Shown: positions 48,598-58,780, counted from the first letter of the stretch. The stretch is DNA of 64,000 nucleotides from Nitrospiraceae bacterium (GCA_050246315.1 JBFWWG010000011.1:32001-96000); one strand, 5' to 3'. The notes: generated by a model not told the origin, from the sequence alone. Translations and numbers: made by a program.

Positions 48598-50478
48598 TCA
48601 GCGCGAGAGGATGATGCTGAGTTCCGGCGTGGAGGCCGAGACCAAGGGGACTGTGACGGCTCTGCCCTTCAGCGAGCGGAGGAGTTCGCCGACGGTGATC
48701 CGGCCGTCCTGATCGAGATCCGACCGGCCATCGAGGCCTGTCAGGAAATGTCCCGCCGGTGACGATTGCTGGGACTCTCGCCGCGAGAATTGAATGATCA
48801 GCCCCTTGCCGTTCGATGCACCGTTCAGGGCGCCCTGCCAGTTGGGTGAAGCCGAGGCGGCCGGTCTCTTGGGTTTGGATGGAGGGGTTGGAGTCGACGC
48901 GGGGGCGATGGGTGAATTGACACGGGACATCGGACCGTCGATAAACACCAGCGACAGTTTCGTGTCGAGTTGGTTCAGATGACTGTGAAGCCGGCGAAGC
49001 GGCAGAAACCGGTAGGATGGCGCATCGGGTGCCGCATCATAGGGAACGAGAGAGATCTCTCCCGATTGTCCATCCACGATCGTGTGACCGGCGAAATACA
49101 CGAAGAGGATCGCCTCTCGCCCCAGCCGTTCCGGAAGCCAGCGGGTGAGAGCCTCCTCGATATCAAGCCGGTTAGCCAGCTCATCTTCCAGCAGCATGAG
49201 ATGGTCTTTGGAGACACCGAGCTTCTGCTGCAGCGAGGCGGCGAGCATAAGGGGATCGACGGCAGTGTTGGCATCCGCCCCCGGCCAGGGATCTCGATAG
49301 TGTCGCACCGTGACGACGAGGGCGAAGCGGTTGTTGTCGGCGGGTGCGACCGTCGGCCGATCAATCCCAGGACTCTGCGCGCTACCGGTCCCTCCGGGTT
49401 TCATCGCCGCCACGAGCGTCTGTCCGACCGGCGCAGACGTGGCGGCGGCGCCCCGCTGATCGATCCACGAGGGTGTGACCGACAGGGTCAACTCACCGCG
49501 GTCGGTTGCGAGGGTGGAGGGCAGTCTCCCCCAGAGTACCGTACCCTTGGTGGCGCCGGGATTGATCGGGCCGAGCTCTGGCGATCCGGCCGTGGACTGG
49601 GCGAAGGCGTCGATGAGCGCCGGCGTTCCGCTCAATGACAACGGTGCGTGAGCGATCACGCCGCTTCCCGTATTGGTGACATCCACCCTGAGTCCAACCT
49701 TCTCTCCCGGCTCCAAGATCTGATTGTTGTTGTCGTCCAGCAGGGTGACCCGAAGGATCGCCGGTGCAGGGCCGAGTGGTTGAGGTGCAATTGGCGCTCC
49801 TAAGGGAGCCGCGCGTCCGCCGGCCACAGCCGTGGAGGAGGGGCCTCCCGCCGGCAACTGCGCGACAACTGCAAAGAGTTGGTCCGTCAATGCACGGGAG
49901 GCTTTGGTGAGCGTTCCATCCAGCTCGCCGGTCATACAGCGCCCTCCGGCTTGTCCAACGCGAGGCGTGAAAATGCTGACATTATCCATGAATCGGAGTG
50001 GACCTTCTCCCATGGTTCGTACGGTCCCGTCCGGTTGAACAGCTTGGTAGGTCGCTGCCAATTCCAAGTCGATGCGCGCCATGAACTGATCCGTCGAACC
50101 GGTCTTATCTTTACCGACGAACTCCTTGTTTACCAGCCGCAGCAGGACCTGATAGTCGGCAGGGAGTTGTGGCGATGCGGCGGCCTCGGAGGCGGGGACG
50201 ACGCGTATGTCCCTGAACCTTGTTCGCCCTGCGTCTTGAATGCTATTCGTCAGCACCTCTCCAATCGCAGCCTCCCACTGCTGGTTACCGCAGATCGGCA
50301 TGCTGAAGACCGCATTCTCCAACTGTTGATCCAGGACGACTCGCACGGACATCGGGGCGACCGGTCCGCTCACCGGATCATGGCTGAACCGCGGCACGTT
50401 GAATTTGTCGCAGCCGGCCGCCATCAATCCAGCCGCCAATGCCGCTGTGAGGGTCAGAATCGGTTTGATCGAACGCAT
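48598..50478 (-). CDS. Lipoprotein with Ig/CARDB-like domain and degenerate caspase-like (C14) domain
   Basis: Lipobox MAAGC, DDNNNQILEPGE, RFALVV, LFVYFAGH, FIDGP and DLDQDGRITVGEL. Confidence 0.75.
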   Translation of the reverse strand: MRSIKPILTLTAALAAGLMAAGCDKFNVPRFSHDPVSGPVAPMSVRVVLDQQLENAVFSMPICGNQQWEAAIGEVLTNSIQDAGRTRFRDIRVVPASEAAASPQLPADYQVLLRLVNKEFVGKDKTGSTDQFMARIDLELAATYQAVQPDGTVRTMGEGPLRFMDNVSIFTPRVGQAGGRCMTGELDGTLTKASRALTDQLFAVVAQLPAGGPSSTAVAGGRAAPLGAPIAPQPLGPAPAILRVTLLDDNNNQILEPGEKVGLRVDVTNTGSGVIAHAPLSLSGTPALIDAFAQSTAGSPELGPINPGATKGTVLWGRLPSTLATDRGELTLSVTPSWIDQRGAAATSAPVGQTLVAAMKPGGTGSAQSPGIDRPTVAPADNNRFALVVTVRHYRDPWPGADANTAVDPLMLAASLQQKLGVSKDHLMLLEDELANRLDIEEALTRWLPERLGREAILFVYFAGHTIVDGQSGEISLVPYDAAPDAPSYRFLPLRRLHSHLNQLDTKLSLVFIDGPMSRVNSPIAPASTPTPPSKPKRPAASASPNWQGALNGASNGKGLIIQFSRRESQQSSPAGHFLTGLDGRSDLDQDGRITVGELLRSLKGRAVTVPLVSASTPELSIILSR

Positions 50479-50630
50479 GGTCGAGGTACGGTACAAGATC
50501 GAGGGGCCCGGTGCAACAGGGTGTGACCGAGAACACCAAGCCTCCGCTTGACTCTGCGACGAAAGAGCGAGGATCATAGCGCCCGGCAGGTGCGGGTTCG
50601 GTGCCCCGAACTCCCAAAGGAGGTGTCGCA

Positions 50631-51389
50631 ATGCGCAGCATGCAAGGGGCCGCGCTCATCACGGTCTTCCTGATCGTCGCCTGTACCACCAAACCGGTCT
50701 CTCGGCTGGATGCCTATGTAGGGCCGGGACCGCAAGGGACGGAAGCCCTTTCCGAAGAATTGACGAAACGCTCGGGCGCTCCGTTTGAGGCCGTGTTGCT
50801 GGTGGTCAATGACACCTCTGATCAGGATTCGGCACCGGCCTTGACTGAACAGGGGATGGCGTTCTTGACGGACCAGGTAACGCAACGAGTGGAAGACGGC
50901 CTGCCCATTCAAATCGTCAAACGATTGGCCCCTTCTCGCATTGCCAATGGGCAGACGCCCCCCGAGGTGGCGCGTATCGGACGGGAACAGAGGCTTCCCT
51001 ACATGCTCTTGGCGGTCTTTGCCAATGTCGAATCCGAAGTGCCGGTGAGTCTTCCACTCACTGGCGATCTGGAGCAGGGCGGAGGCCGTCCTGCAGTCCA
51101 AGGCTTCGAAATGCGGACGAATGCGCTGGCTGAGCTGGCCCTGATTGAATCTGAGACGGGGCTGGTGTTGGCCCGCTCAGATGGCCGAGCCTGGACCAGA
51201 TTGAATCGGCTCTATGTGCCGGTCCAGTCAAATGCCTACCCGGTTATCCATCGGTCGCTGCGCCCGGCCCCGATCTTTCCCAAGGAAGAGAACGCCAAGG
51301 ATATCACCCGAAGCCTTGCCGGCGATGAGGCGTTGGAGCAGGCCGTCATGCATCTGCAGGAGATCTGGCCCAGACAGGCTCGATCTTGA
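50631..51389 (+). CDS. Hypothetical lipoprotein
   Basis: AGGAGG RBS and lipobox IVAC. Confidence 0.75.
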   Translation: MRSMQGAALITVFLIVACTTKPVSRLDAYVGPGPQGTEALSEELTKRSGAPFEAVLLVVNDTSDQDSAPALTEQGMAFLTDQVTQRVEDGLPIQIVKRLAPSRIANGQTPPEVARIGREQRLPYMLLAVFANVESEVPVSLPLTGDLEQGGGRPAVQGFEMRTNALAELALIESETGLVLARSDGRAWTRLNRLYVPVQSNAYPVIHRSLRPAPIFPKEENAKDITRSLAGDEALEQAVMHLQEIWPRQARS

Positions 51390-51495
51390 AACGAGAAAAC
51401 GGTCAGGCCTCCGGTTCGCCGCGCTCGACCGTCCGAGGTGGATTGGACTATTGCCTGTGGTTCGATTTGTATGATATCAGGTCACGGAGGTGTTC

Positions 51496-51750
51496 ATGGT
51501 CAAGGCACATGTACTGTGGCTGCTTGCCGCGAGCGTTCTACTGTCTGCCTGCGAATCGACGAGGTGGGTCCATCCGACCAAGAAGGAAGAACAATTGACC
51601 TACGACTGGAACGCCTGCGAGCGAGAGCTGCAGAATATGGCGGCCACCAACCCGGGCGTGGCCTCCATGCACACCAACCAAACGATTCAGAAGCAGCGAA
51701 TCGGCGCCTGTCTGCAGAAAAAGGGCTGGAGGGAAGTCGAGATCAAGTAG
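51496..51750 (+). CDS. Small hypothetical lipoprotein
   Basis: GGAGG RBS, lipobox LSAC, and D..AC...ACLQKKGW Cys pair. Confidence 0.75.
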   Translation: MVKAHVLWLLAASVLLSACESTRWVHPTKKEEQLTYDWNACERELQNMAATNPGVASMHTNQTIQKQRIGACLQKKGWREVEIK

Positions 51751-51805
51751 CGACCGTCAGCCGCTTCACTCCCCAGCCTCTTTCCACATTCCGGTTCTCT
51801 CGCTT

Positions 51806-52426
51806 TTAGGCCTGCAACCCACCCTTCTGCACGAGGTGCGCCTGCAACTCCGCGTAGCTCTGTGTGACCGGGAACTGTGGAAACTCCTTGGTGATTTTTT
51901 CAGGCGGGCGAAAAAACAAACCGACATGCGCTTCCCCAAGCATCGGCGTATCGTTATAGGCATCGCCGGCCGCCATCACAAAAAAATTCAAGGCCTTGAG
52001 GGCGCGCACCGATTGGCGCTTTTGATCAGGCAGGCGCAGGCGGTAATTCGTGATGCGATTTGTCGCATCGAGCTCGAGTTGATTGCAAAAGAGCGTCGGA
52101 TAGTCGAGTTGCCGCATGAGCGGGAGCGCAAACTGGTAGAACGTATCGGACAGGATGATGAACTGGCACCGTTCGCGCAGCCAGTCGAGAAAGGCCGGCG
52201 CGCCTTCCAGCGGGGCCATCGTGCCGATCACCTCTTGGATATCCGTCAGGGTGAGCCGATGAGCGTCCAGAATGCTGAGCCGGCGTTTCATCAAGGCGTC
52301 ATAGTCGGGCATCTCGCGGGTCGTGATCTTGAGCTCCTCGATGCCGGTCTTGACGGCCACATTGATCCAAATTTCCGGGACCAGGACGCCTTCCAGATCC
52401 AAACAGATCATCACGGGGTTCTGCAT
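51806..52426 (-). CDS. thrH: Phosphoserine phosphatase / phosphoserine:homoserine phosphotransferase
   Basis: CLDLEGVLVPEIW, TTRE.PDYD.LM, ILSDTF and AAGDAYND motifs. Confidence 0.93.
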   Translation of the reverse strand: MQNPVMICLDLEGVLVPEIWINVAVKTGIEELKITTREMPDYDALMKRRLSILDAHRLTLTDIQEVIGTMAPLEGAPAFLDWLRERCQFIILSDTFYQFALPLMRQLDYPTLFCNQLELDATNRITNYRLRLPDQKRQSVRALKALNFFVMAAGDAYNDTPMLGEAHVGLFFRPPEKITKEFPQFPVTQSYAELQAHLVQKGGLQA

Positions 52427-52772
52427 CAGCTTCCCTTTCGTGGCCTGTGAGAGTGGTCGCGACTCGCTTCATGAGCGCCCGCGCGGTCGCGCGGGCGCTC
52501 ATCATAAGTGAGGCTTCACGGCAGGGTCAAGAAACGGCTGGATCACCGTGACGCTCGTCCGGCGCCCCAGCGAGCCCGCCCGCCTGGCCGTGTGAAAACC
52601 ACGGCCAGGCTTGTCGTAGCGGCGAATGCACGGTTGCAGTAGAAGCGTTCATGAATAGTGTGGGCTAGTGATCAGGACCGGACGGGCCTGCGAAAGAGGT
52701 GGAAGCGAGAGGGGCGCACGGCTTGCCCTGCTTGTCGGATTTACCCATAATCCCGGAGAGAGGATCGTGGTG

Positions 52773-53153
52773 ATGGCACTGACCGGCCACCAAATCGGCG
52801 TGCTGCGTTCGTACATGCGGGACCTGGTCGATCAGGCGGCCCAGGAAGATGCGGCTACGCGATCGTTCGGCTTTCGCGCCGATCCCTACCGTCCGGATCA
52901 GGCCATTTCCGATTTGCTGGCCATTCTGGACGACCGAATCGAATCCGAAGGGCTGCAAGTCGGGCTCGAGGAGGGGTTCCTCCATCAGATGTGGACCCTG
53001 TGCAACGAGGCGCAGCCATTTCTCAGGGAGCAAGTCTGGTTGCAGGCGAATCTCGACCAGGCCGGCTCCGTGGGGGCGAGCGAGTCCGACGTTTCCCGAG
53101 CACGAGTCAGGGAATTGACCTATCATGCGCTCCTGGTGTTCCTGCAACGGTGA
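52773..53153 (+). CDS. Hypothetical helical protein
   Basis: Fills the gap between genes; GAGAGG upstream; protein-like composition. Confidence 0.65.
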   Translation: MALTGHQIGVLRSYMRDLVDQAAQEDAATRSFGFRADPYRPDQAISDLLAILDDRIESEGLQVGLEEGFLHQMWTLCNEAQPFLREQVWLQANLDQAGSVGASESDVSRARVRELTYHALLVFLQR

Positions 53154-53343
53154 TGATGGGGTTCCGTACGGGTAGGTGGAATCGACCATTCCTGCCATGC
53201 CGGCGTGGGTATACGACCGGTTGGCCGTGCCGGCCTTGATCGGCCCGGGAGGGTCCGGGGCTGTCGCAAGGAACGCTTGGCGATGGAGGATCGGGTAGAT
53301 CCGGCTGCGACTCCCGCGTTATCGCTCATCACCTCCGACCGAG

Positions 53344-54156
53344 TCACACCTTGCCTGCCAGCCAATAGACGGCGTAGCCCATGACTTCGTTGATCAGGAA
53401 CTCGGCGGACGCGAGGCCGCCGAGTTGCGGGATGGCGTCGAAGGGCGTGAGGGTATCCGGCAGATCCTCCGGACGATCCTTCGAGAGGTAGCCGCAGGGA
53501 TAAGCCGTAGTCTGAAGACCCTGTTTTCGGAAGAGCGCGACGGCTCGAGGGATATGACCGGCTGAGGTGACGAGAAGCACCGACCCGGTACCGATGAGGG
53601 CTCGCGCCTCGACGGCATTCTCGTAGGTGGTGCGCGATTTGGTTTCGGCAATGATCGAGTCGCGCGGCACTCCCATGCGGGTCGCCCATTGGGCCATCAC
53701 GATGGATTCAACCGGGCCGCGGCCGAACACTCTGGCGTCTCCGCCGGTGAGGACCAGCTTCGGCGCGAAATTTCGCAGAAAGAGGTCCGCACCGCAGGTC
53801 GTGCGCTCCATGCTGAACTCGCTGAGGGTATCTTCGGGGCGAAGGGTGCCCTTGGCCTTGACCCCTCCGCCGAGCACGACGATGGCGTCGTATCGACGAG
53901 AGGAGGATTCATCGAACGGAGGAGCCAAGGTTTCCCACCAGGCGAGGAGGGAACTCGACACGAGGGGAATGCTGAGCGGCAGCAGAGTGAAACACGCCGT
54001 CAGGCCAAACAGGCGGAGCTTGTTGTGCCGGCGGGACGAGTAGGGTAACAGCAGGATCAATGTCATCCAGCCGAGCGAAAAGGCCAGCCAGGTCACGGGG
54101 TAAAGAAAGAATTTGACCAACTTATAGAATCCGTAGAGCAGCGGGGAGAGCTCCAT
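53344..54156 (-). CDS. YdcF/ElyC (DUF218) family protein
   Basis: IVVLGGG, LTGG, SRTTYENA and LVTSAGHIPRA motifs; N-terminal TM helices. Confidence 0.92.
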   Translation of the reverse strand: MELSPLLYGFYKLVKFFLYPVTWLAFSLGWMTLILLLPYSSRRHNKLRLFGLTACFTLLPLSIPLVSSSLLAWWETLAPPFDESSSRRYDAIVVLGGGVKAKGTLRPEDTLSEFSMERTTCGADLFLRNFAPKLVLTGGDARVFGRGPVESIVMAQWATRMGVPRDSIIAETKSRTTYENAVEARALIGTGSVLLVTSAGHIPRAVALFRKQGLQTTAYPCGYLSKDRPEDLPDTLTPFDAIPQLGGLASAEFLINEVMGYAVYWLAGKV

Positions 54157-54243
54157 GCAGCAACCTCCTTAATTTGGCGCAGAAGGGCAGCTTAGCGAGT
54201 CTGTGAACGGGCGACAAGAGAAACGCCGAAGAAGGGATGGGCT

Positions 54244-54741
54244 ATGAGCACGACCGGACGGTATTGGCTGATGAAATCGGAGCCCTCGGCCTTTTCGATC
54301 GATGATCTGGGCGCCTCACCAGGGCAACAAACTTGCTGGGACGGTGTGCGCAATTATCAGGCGCGCAACTACATGCGGGCCATGCAGGTCGGGGACCAGA
54401 TTCTGTTTTATCACAGCAACGCGGCTCCACCGGCTGTCGTCGGCATCGCCGAAGTCGTGCGCACGGCCTATCCCGACGACAGCGCCTTCGACAAGAAAGA
54501 CCCTCATTACGATCCGAAGAGCGATCCCTCCAAGCCGGTGTGGGACATGGTGGACATCAAGTTCGTCAAGAAATTTCCACGGGCTCTCGCCCTGGACCTG
54601 CTGAAGAAACAGGTGTCGCTCAAGCGGATGGAATTGCTCAGAAAGGGGTCGAGGCTCTCGGTTCAACCGGTGAGACCGGACGAGTGGAAAGCGATTGTGA
54701 ACCTTGCCGGCAATCGTTCGAGTCGCGGTGCTGGTCAATGA
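54244..54741 (+). CDS. EVE domain protein
   Basis: YWLMKSEP, WDGVRNYQARN, FYHS and RLSVQPV motifs. Confidence 0.95.
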   Translation: MSTTGRYWLMKSEPSAFSIDDLGASPGQQTCWDGVRNYQARNYMRAMQVGDQILFYHSNAAPPAVVGIAEVVRTAYPDDSAFDKKDPHYDPKSDPSKPVWDMVDIKFVKKFPRALALDLLKKQVSLKRMELLRKGSRLSVQPVRPDEWKAIVNLAGNRSSRGAGQ

Positions 54742-54792
54742 AAGGTTCTGACAGGCAAAGCCGGAGGCAGGGAACCTTGCGGGTGGTTCGGA

Positions 54793-55041
54793 TCAGGTAC
54801 TGGCCTTGCCGTTGTCGAGGTGACGATGTTGCCAATCCAGCCAGGCATGGCCCAATTCATGGGCCAGGATGTAGCGCCGGCGAGTGACGGGCAACCGTTT
54901 CCTGATATAGATCGTCTTCGTATCGCTATCCCAGATCCCGTCGGCGTCCTTGTCGCGGGCATCCATTTCGGTGTCCGTGACTTGCTTGACCAGGATCCGA
55001 TATCCGAACGGCAAGACCACCCGAACCGGGATTCGTAGCAT
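54793..55041 (-). CDS. Minimal ImmA/IrrE-like HExxH protein (82 aa)
   Basis: DG.W....KTIYI...RRRYILAHELGH. Confidence 0.75.
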   Translation of the reverse strand: MLRIPVRVVLPFGYRILVKQVTDTEMDARDKDADGIWDSDTKTIYIRKRLPVTRRRYILAHELGHAWLDWQHRHLDNGKAST

Positions 55042-55473
55042 GAGGCCAATTCTCCAGATGCCATAGACGTCGTGTGAGTGTCGGAATGAAGGCTGCGTCC
55101 GTTGTCCTATCGAGGTCCTCTTTGAGCAGTCAAAGCCTAACATATTCGACCGGCGGCCAGCCTTAGGCAAAAAAGAACAGCTTATCAATATGTTATCGGT
55201 TTCAGTTGGGGCGAATCCCATAGGTTCCTCTCGGAGCGACAGACTCCCGAGGATCGATCCACGTTCCCGAGTTTTCTGAGGCCGGTGATTCAGCCCCAGC
55301 GATCCTGAGATTCAGCGGCGGGCGCATCGTGGTTCCAGCGATCAAACCGCTCCATAGTCGTACGAGTCGACTGCGGTTGTGAGTGTCGCAGGAGTGGCAC
55401 CTGCGCGTTGAGCGGCAAAGAGTTTTCCTTTTATGCCGGCACGTTATAATGAGGCGAATGGAGAGATGAATCG

Positions 55474-56562
55474 ATGCGCACGGTGTTGGTCATCGGTGCC
55501 GGAAAGATCGGCGGACTAATCGCCTGTTTGCTCGCGAAGAGCGGGGACTATGCCGTGCATCTGGCTGACCTCGATATCGAAGTCCCCCTCCGGCTCGGCA
55601 AGGATCTGGATCTTCTCAATTTCACTCCCTGTCACCTCGATGTGAACGACCGAGCCGCTCTGCTCCACTATCTCACCCGGCATACTCCGGTCGCCGTGAT
55701 CTCCAGCCTCCCCTATTACTGCAACCTGGCGGTCGCACGAGCGGCTCAGGAAGCTGGCATCCATTATTTCGACCTCACCGAGGATGTCGGTGTCACCGAC
55801 CAGATCAAGATCCTGAGCCGGGACGCGGCCACAGCTTTTGTGCCCCAGTGCGGACTGGCTCCGGGGTTCATCAGCATCGTGGCCCATGAGTTGATGACGC
55901 ATTTTGAGTCATTGGAGACGGTCAAGATGCGGGTCGGCGCCCTGCCGGTTCATCCAAGCAATGCCTTGAAGTACTCGCTCACCTGGTCCACCGACGGCCT
56001 CATCAACGAGTACGGCAACATTTGCTATGGCATCGAAGAGGGGGAGAAGATCCCCTTGCAGCCGCTGGAAGGGTACGAAACGATCGAGGTGGACGGCCTG
56101 CTCTACGAGGCCTTCAACACATCCGGAGGATTGGGTACGTTGGCCGATACCTATGTGGGCAAGGTCCGGACTCTCAACTACAAGACCCTCCGCTATCCCG
56201 GCCACTGCGAGAAGATCCATCTCCTGATGAAGGACCTCAAATTGAACGAGGACCGTGAGACCTTGAAACGGATTCTGGAGCGAGCCGTTCCCCGCACCCT
56301 GCAGGACGTGGTGCTGATTTATGTGGCGGTCACCGGCCAGCAACAGGGAGGCCTGTTCGAAGAAACCTATGTGAAGAAGGTCTATCCCCAGACGATAGCC
56401 GGACGACTTTGGTCGGCCATTCAGGTGACAACCGCCTCGGCGCTCTGCGCGGTGGTGGACCTCGTGCTGCAACAGCCGGAGGCCTACAGAGGATTTATCA
56501 CCGAAGAATCCTTTCCACTCCAGGGTTTTTTAGAGAACCGGTTCGGGCTCTATTATCGATAG
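55474..56562 (+). CDS. Saccharopine dehydrogenase-family oxidoreductase (probable lysine 6-dehydrogenase)
   Basis: GAGKIG, YFDLTED, CGLAPG, TWSTDGLINEY, FNTSGG and YKTLRYPGH motifs. Confidence 0.87.
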   Translation: MRTVLVIGAGKIGGLIACLLAKSGDYAVHLADLDIEVPLRLGKDLDLLNFTPCHLDVNDRAALLHYLTRHTPVAVISSLPYYCNLAVARAAQEAGIHYFDLTEDVGVTDQIKILSRDAATAFVPQCGLAPGFISIVAHELMTHFESLETVKMRVGALPVHPSNALKYSLTWSTDGLINEYGNICYGIEEGEKIPLQPLEGYETIEVDGLLYEAFNTSGGLGTLADTYVGKVRTLNYKTLRYPGHCEKIHLLMKDLKLNEDRETLKRILERAVPRTLQDVVLIYVAVTGQQQGGLFEETYVKKVYPQTIAGRLWSAIQVTTASALCAVVDLVLQQPEAYRGFITEESFPLQGFLENRFGLYYR

Positions 56563-56604
56563 GTGTCGAGGGCACTCCGAGGAATCGGGGTACAACGGTA
56601 AACG

Positions 56605-58140
56605 ATGATGGTCGATACCGCGCACATTCTAAGCGAATTGGGCCTACCGCCGGTGAATCCGGGAGCCACGATCGGAGCCTGGTCGTCGGCACTGGATCAG
56701 GCTCACACGTTCGAGTCGGCGAATCCCGCGACAGGCCGGGGGCTCGCCAAAGTCTCGCGCGCCTCGGTCCGAGATTATGAGCAGGTCGTCGCCGCGGCTC
56801 AGCAGGCCTTCCTCACGTGGCGATTGGTGTCCGCGCCCAGACGAGGTGAGGTCATCCGCTTGATCGGCCAGGCATTGCGGGAGAAAAAGGATCTGTTGGG
56901 GACGCTGGTCTCGCTGGAGGTCGGCAAGATCAAAGCCGAGGGGGACGGGGAAGTCCAGGAGATGATCGATATGGCCGATTTCGCGGTCGGCCAATCTCGG
57001 ATGCTCTATGGGCTGACCATGCAGTCCGAGCGGCCGGCCCACCGCATGTACGAGCAGTGGCACCCGCTTGGAGCGGTCGGGGTGATCACCGCGTTCAACT
57101 TTCCCGTGGCGGTTTGGGCGTGGAACGCCTTTATCGCGGCGGTGGCGGGCGACACGGTTGTCTGGAAACCATCACCCAAAGCCCCGTTGTGCGCGCTCGC
57201 GGTCCAGCAGATTTGCCGGGCTGTGTTGGAGGAACAGGGTCATCCCGATGTCTTCGGCCTGGTGATCTCGGATGACGTGAGACTGGCGGAGGCAATGGTC
57301 GAGGACCCGCGGCTGCCGTTGATCTCCTTCACCGGCTCGGTCCCGGTCGGGCGTCGAGTGGCCGAACTGGTTGGGAAGCGACTGGGCCGCACGCTGCTGG
57401 AACTCAGCGGCAACAACGCGATCATCGTGGATGAACAGGCGGACCTCGAACTTGCCACCCGGGCGATCGTCTTCGGCGCGGTCGGCACGGCAGGTCAGCG
57501 CTGCACAACCACGCGCCGTCTGATCGTGCACGAGTCCGTGCGAGATGCGCTCGTGAGCCGATTGCTCGCCGGCTATAAGCAAGTGAGGATCGGCGATCCG
57601 CTGGAGCCGGGGGTTCTCATGGGGCCGCTGATCGATCGGGCCGCCGTGGAACGGTACCGAGAGACCTTGGAAGAGGTCCGGCGCGAAGGCGGAGAGGTCC
57701 TTATCGGCGGAGCGGTGCTGGACCGGTCCGGATTCTATGTCGAGCCGACGATCGTTTCGGCCCGCAACCGGTGGAAGGCGGTCCAGCGGGAAACCTTCGC
57801 GCCGATCCTCTACCTCATGACCTATAAGACAATGGATGAAGCGATCGCCATGCACAACGACGTGCCGCAGGGCCTCTCCTCGGCCATTTTCACCGACAGC
57901 GTTCGGAAAGCCGAGCGATTTTTGTCCGCGGCCGGGAGCGATTGCGGCATTGCCAACGTGAACATCGGCACGTCCGGAGCGGAGATCGGCGGCGCCTTCG
58001 GTGGGGAGAAGGAGACGGGCGGAGGGCGTGAGGCCGGCTCGGATTCCTGGAAGGCCTACATGCGACGGCAGACGAATACGATCAATTGGAGCACCGACTT
58101 GCCGCTAGCGCAGGGGATCCGCTTTGGGGAATTGTCTTGA
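56605..58140 (+). CDS. ALDH7-type aminoadipate-semialdehyde / P6C dehydrogenase (AmaB-like)
   Basis: [37 protein letters not shown] and [12 protein letters not shown] motifs. Confidence 0.9.
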   Translation: MMVDTAHILSELGLPPVNPGATIGAWSSALDQAHTFESANPATGRGLAKVSRASVRDYEQVVAAAQQAFLTWRLVSAPRRGEVIRLIGQALREKKDLLGTLVSLEVGKIKAEGDGEVQEMIDMADFAVGQSRMLYGLTMQSERPAHRMYEQWHPLGAVGVITAFNFPVAVWAWNAFIAAVAGDTVVWKPSPKAPLCALAVQQICRAVLEEQGHPDVFGLVISDDVRLAEAMVEDPRLPLISFTGSVPVGRRVAELVGKRLGRTLLELSGNNAIIVDEQADLELATRAIVFGAVGTAGQRCTTTRRLIVHESVRDALVSRLLAGYKQVRIGDPLEPGVLMGPLIDRAAVERYRETLEEVRREGGEVLIGGAVLDRSGFYVEPTIVSARNRWKAVQRETFAPILYLMTYKTMDEAIAMHNDVPQGLSSAIFTDSVRKAERFLSAAGSDCGIANVNIGTSGAEIGGAFGGEKETGGGREAGSDSWKAYMRRQTNTINWSTDLPLAQGIRFGELS

Positions 58141-58162
58141 GACCAGCGGAAGGAGCGGGATC

Positions 58163-58762
58163 ATGGTGAAGGGACAACAATTGGACGCGTTGATTGATCC
58201 GATGGTCGCGCAGTATGTCGCGCAAAATCGAGCGGCACAGGCGATCAAGGCGGATCTGGACAGCATCGCCGTGGGGCTCCGGCCGGTGATCGACCATTTG
58301 ACCATCCGAACGGAGGACATCGACCGGCGCGCGCGGGAGTTTGTCGATCTCGGCTATGAGTATGATGAAACCATCGAATACAGCGACTGGTATGCGAAGG
58401 TGTACCGGGCGCCCGGTTATCCCGCACTCTTCGTCGATCAGGCTTATCCCGACGAGCGTGGGGCGACGAGCGTGATCCCACGGTGGGTGACTAAGTTCGG
58501 GGACCGAGTCTTTCACCATGTCGCGGTGCGGGTGGAAGATATCGAACAGTCGATCGCTCGGTTGAAGACCAAAGGCGTGCGGTTTGCCGGGGAGATCGTC
58601 GGCTCCTCCGGTAGTGCGCTTCGGCAAATTTTCACGGTTCCGGAAGCGGTTGAAGGGGAGCCTTTTTCCGTTCTGGAGCTGACCGAGCGCCATGCCGGCT
58701 ATCAGGGATTTTCACCGCCTCAAGCCGACGGCTTGATGCGCTCGACCGTCCTGCCACGATAG
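58163..58762 (+). CDS. VOC/HPPD-superfamily metalloenzyme (HglS/DUF1338-like, short)
   Basis: IDHLTIRT, FHHVAVRV, LRQIFT and ELTER...GFSPPQADGLMRST. Confidence 0.75.
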   Translation: MVKGQQLDALIDPMVAQYVAQNRAAQAIKADLDSIAVGLRPVIDHLTIRTEDIDRRAREFVDLGYEYDETIEYSDWYAKVYRAPGYPALFVDQAYPDERGATSVIPRWVTKFGDRVFHHVAVRVEDIEQSIARLKTKGVRFAGEIVGSSGSALRQIFTVPEAVEGEPFSVLELTERHAGYQGFSPPQADGLMRSTVLPR

Positions 58763-58780
58763 CGTAACGTCCCAGAGGTT

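Noticed and set aside
53344..55041. Anti-phage defence island (EVE plus HExxH)
   Set aside because: No nuclease, NTPase or methylase partner; the genes are in differing orientations.
55042..55473. Lysine riboswitch upstream of the lysine cluster
   Set aside because: No L-box consensus recognised, and a TATAAT at 55445-50 implies a very short leader.
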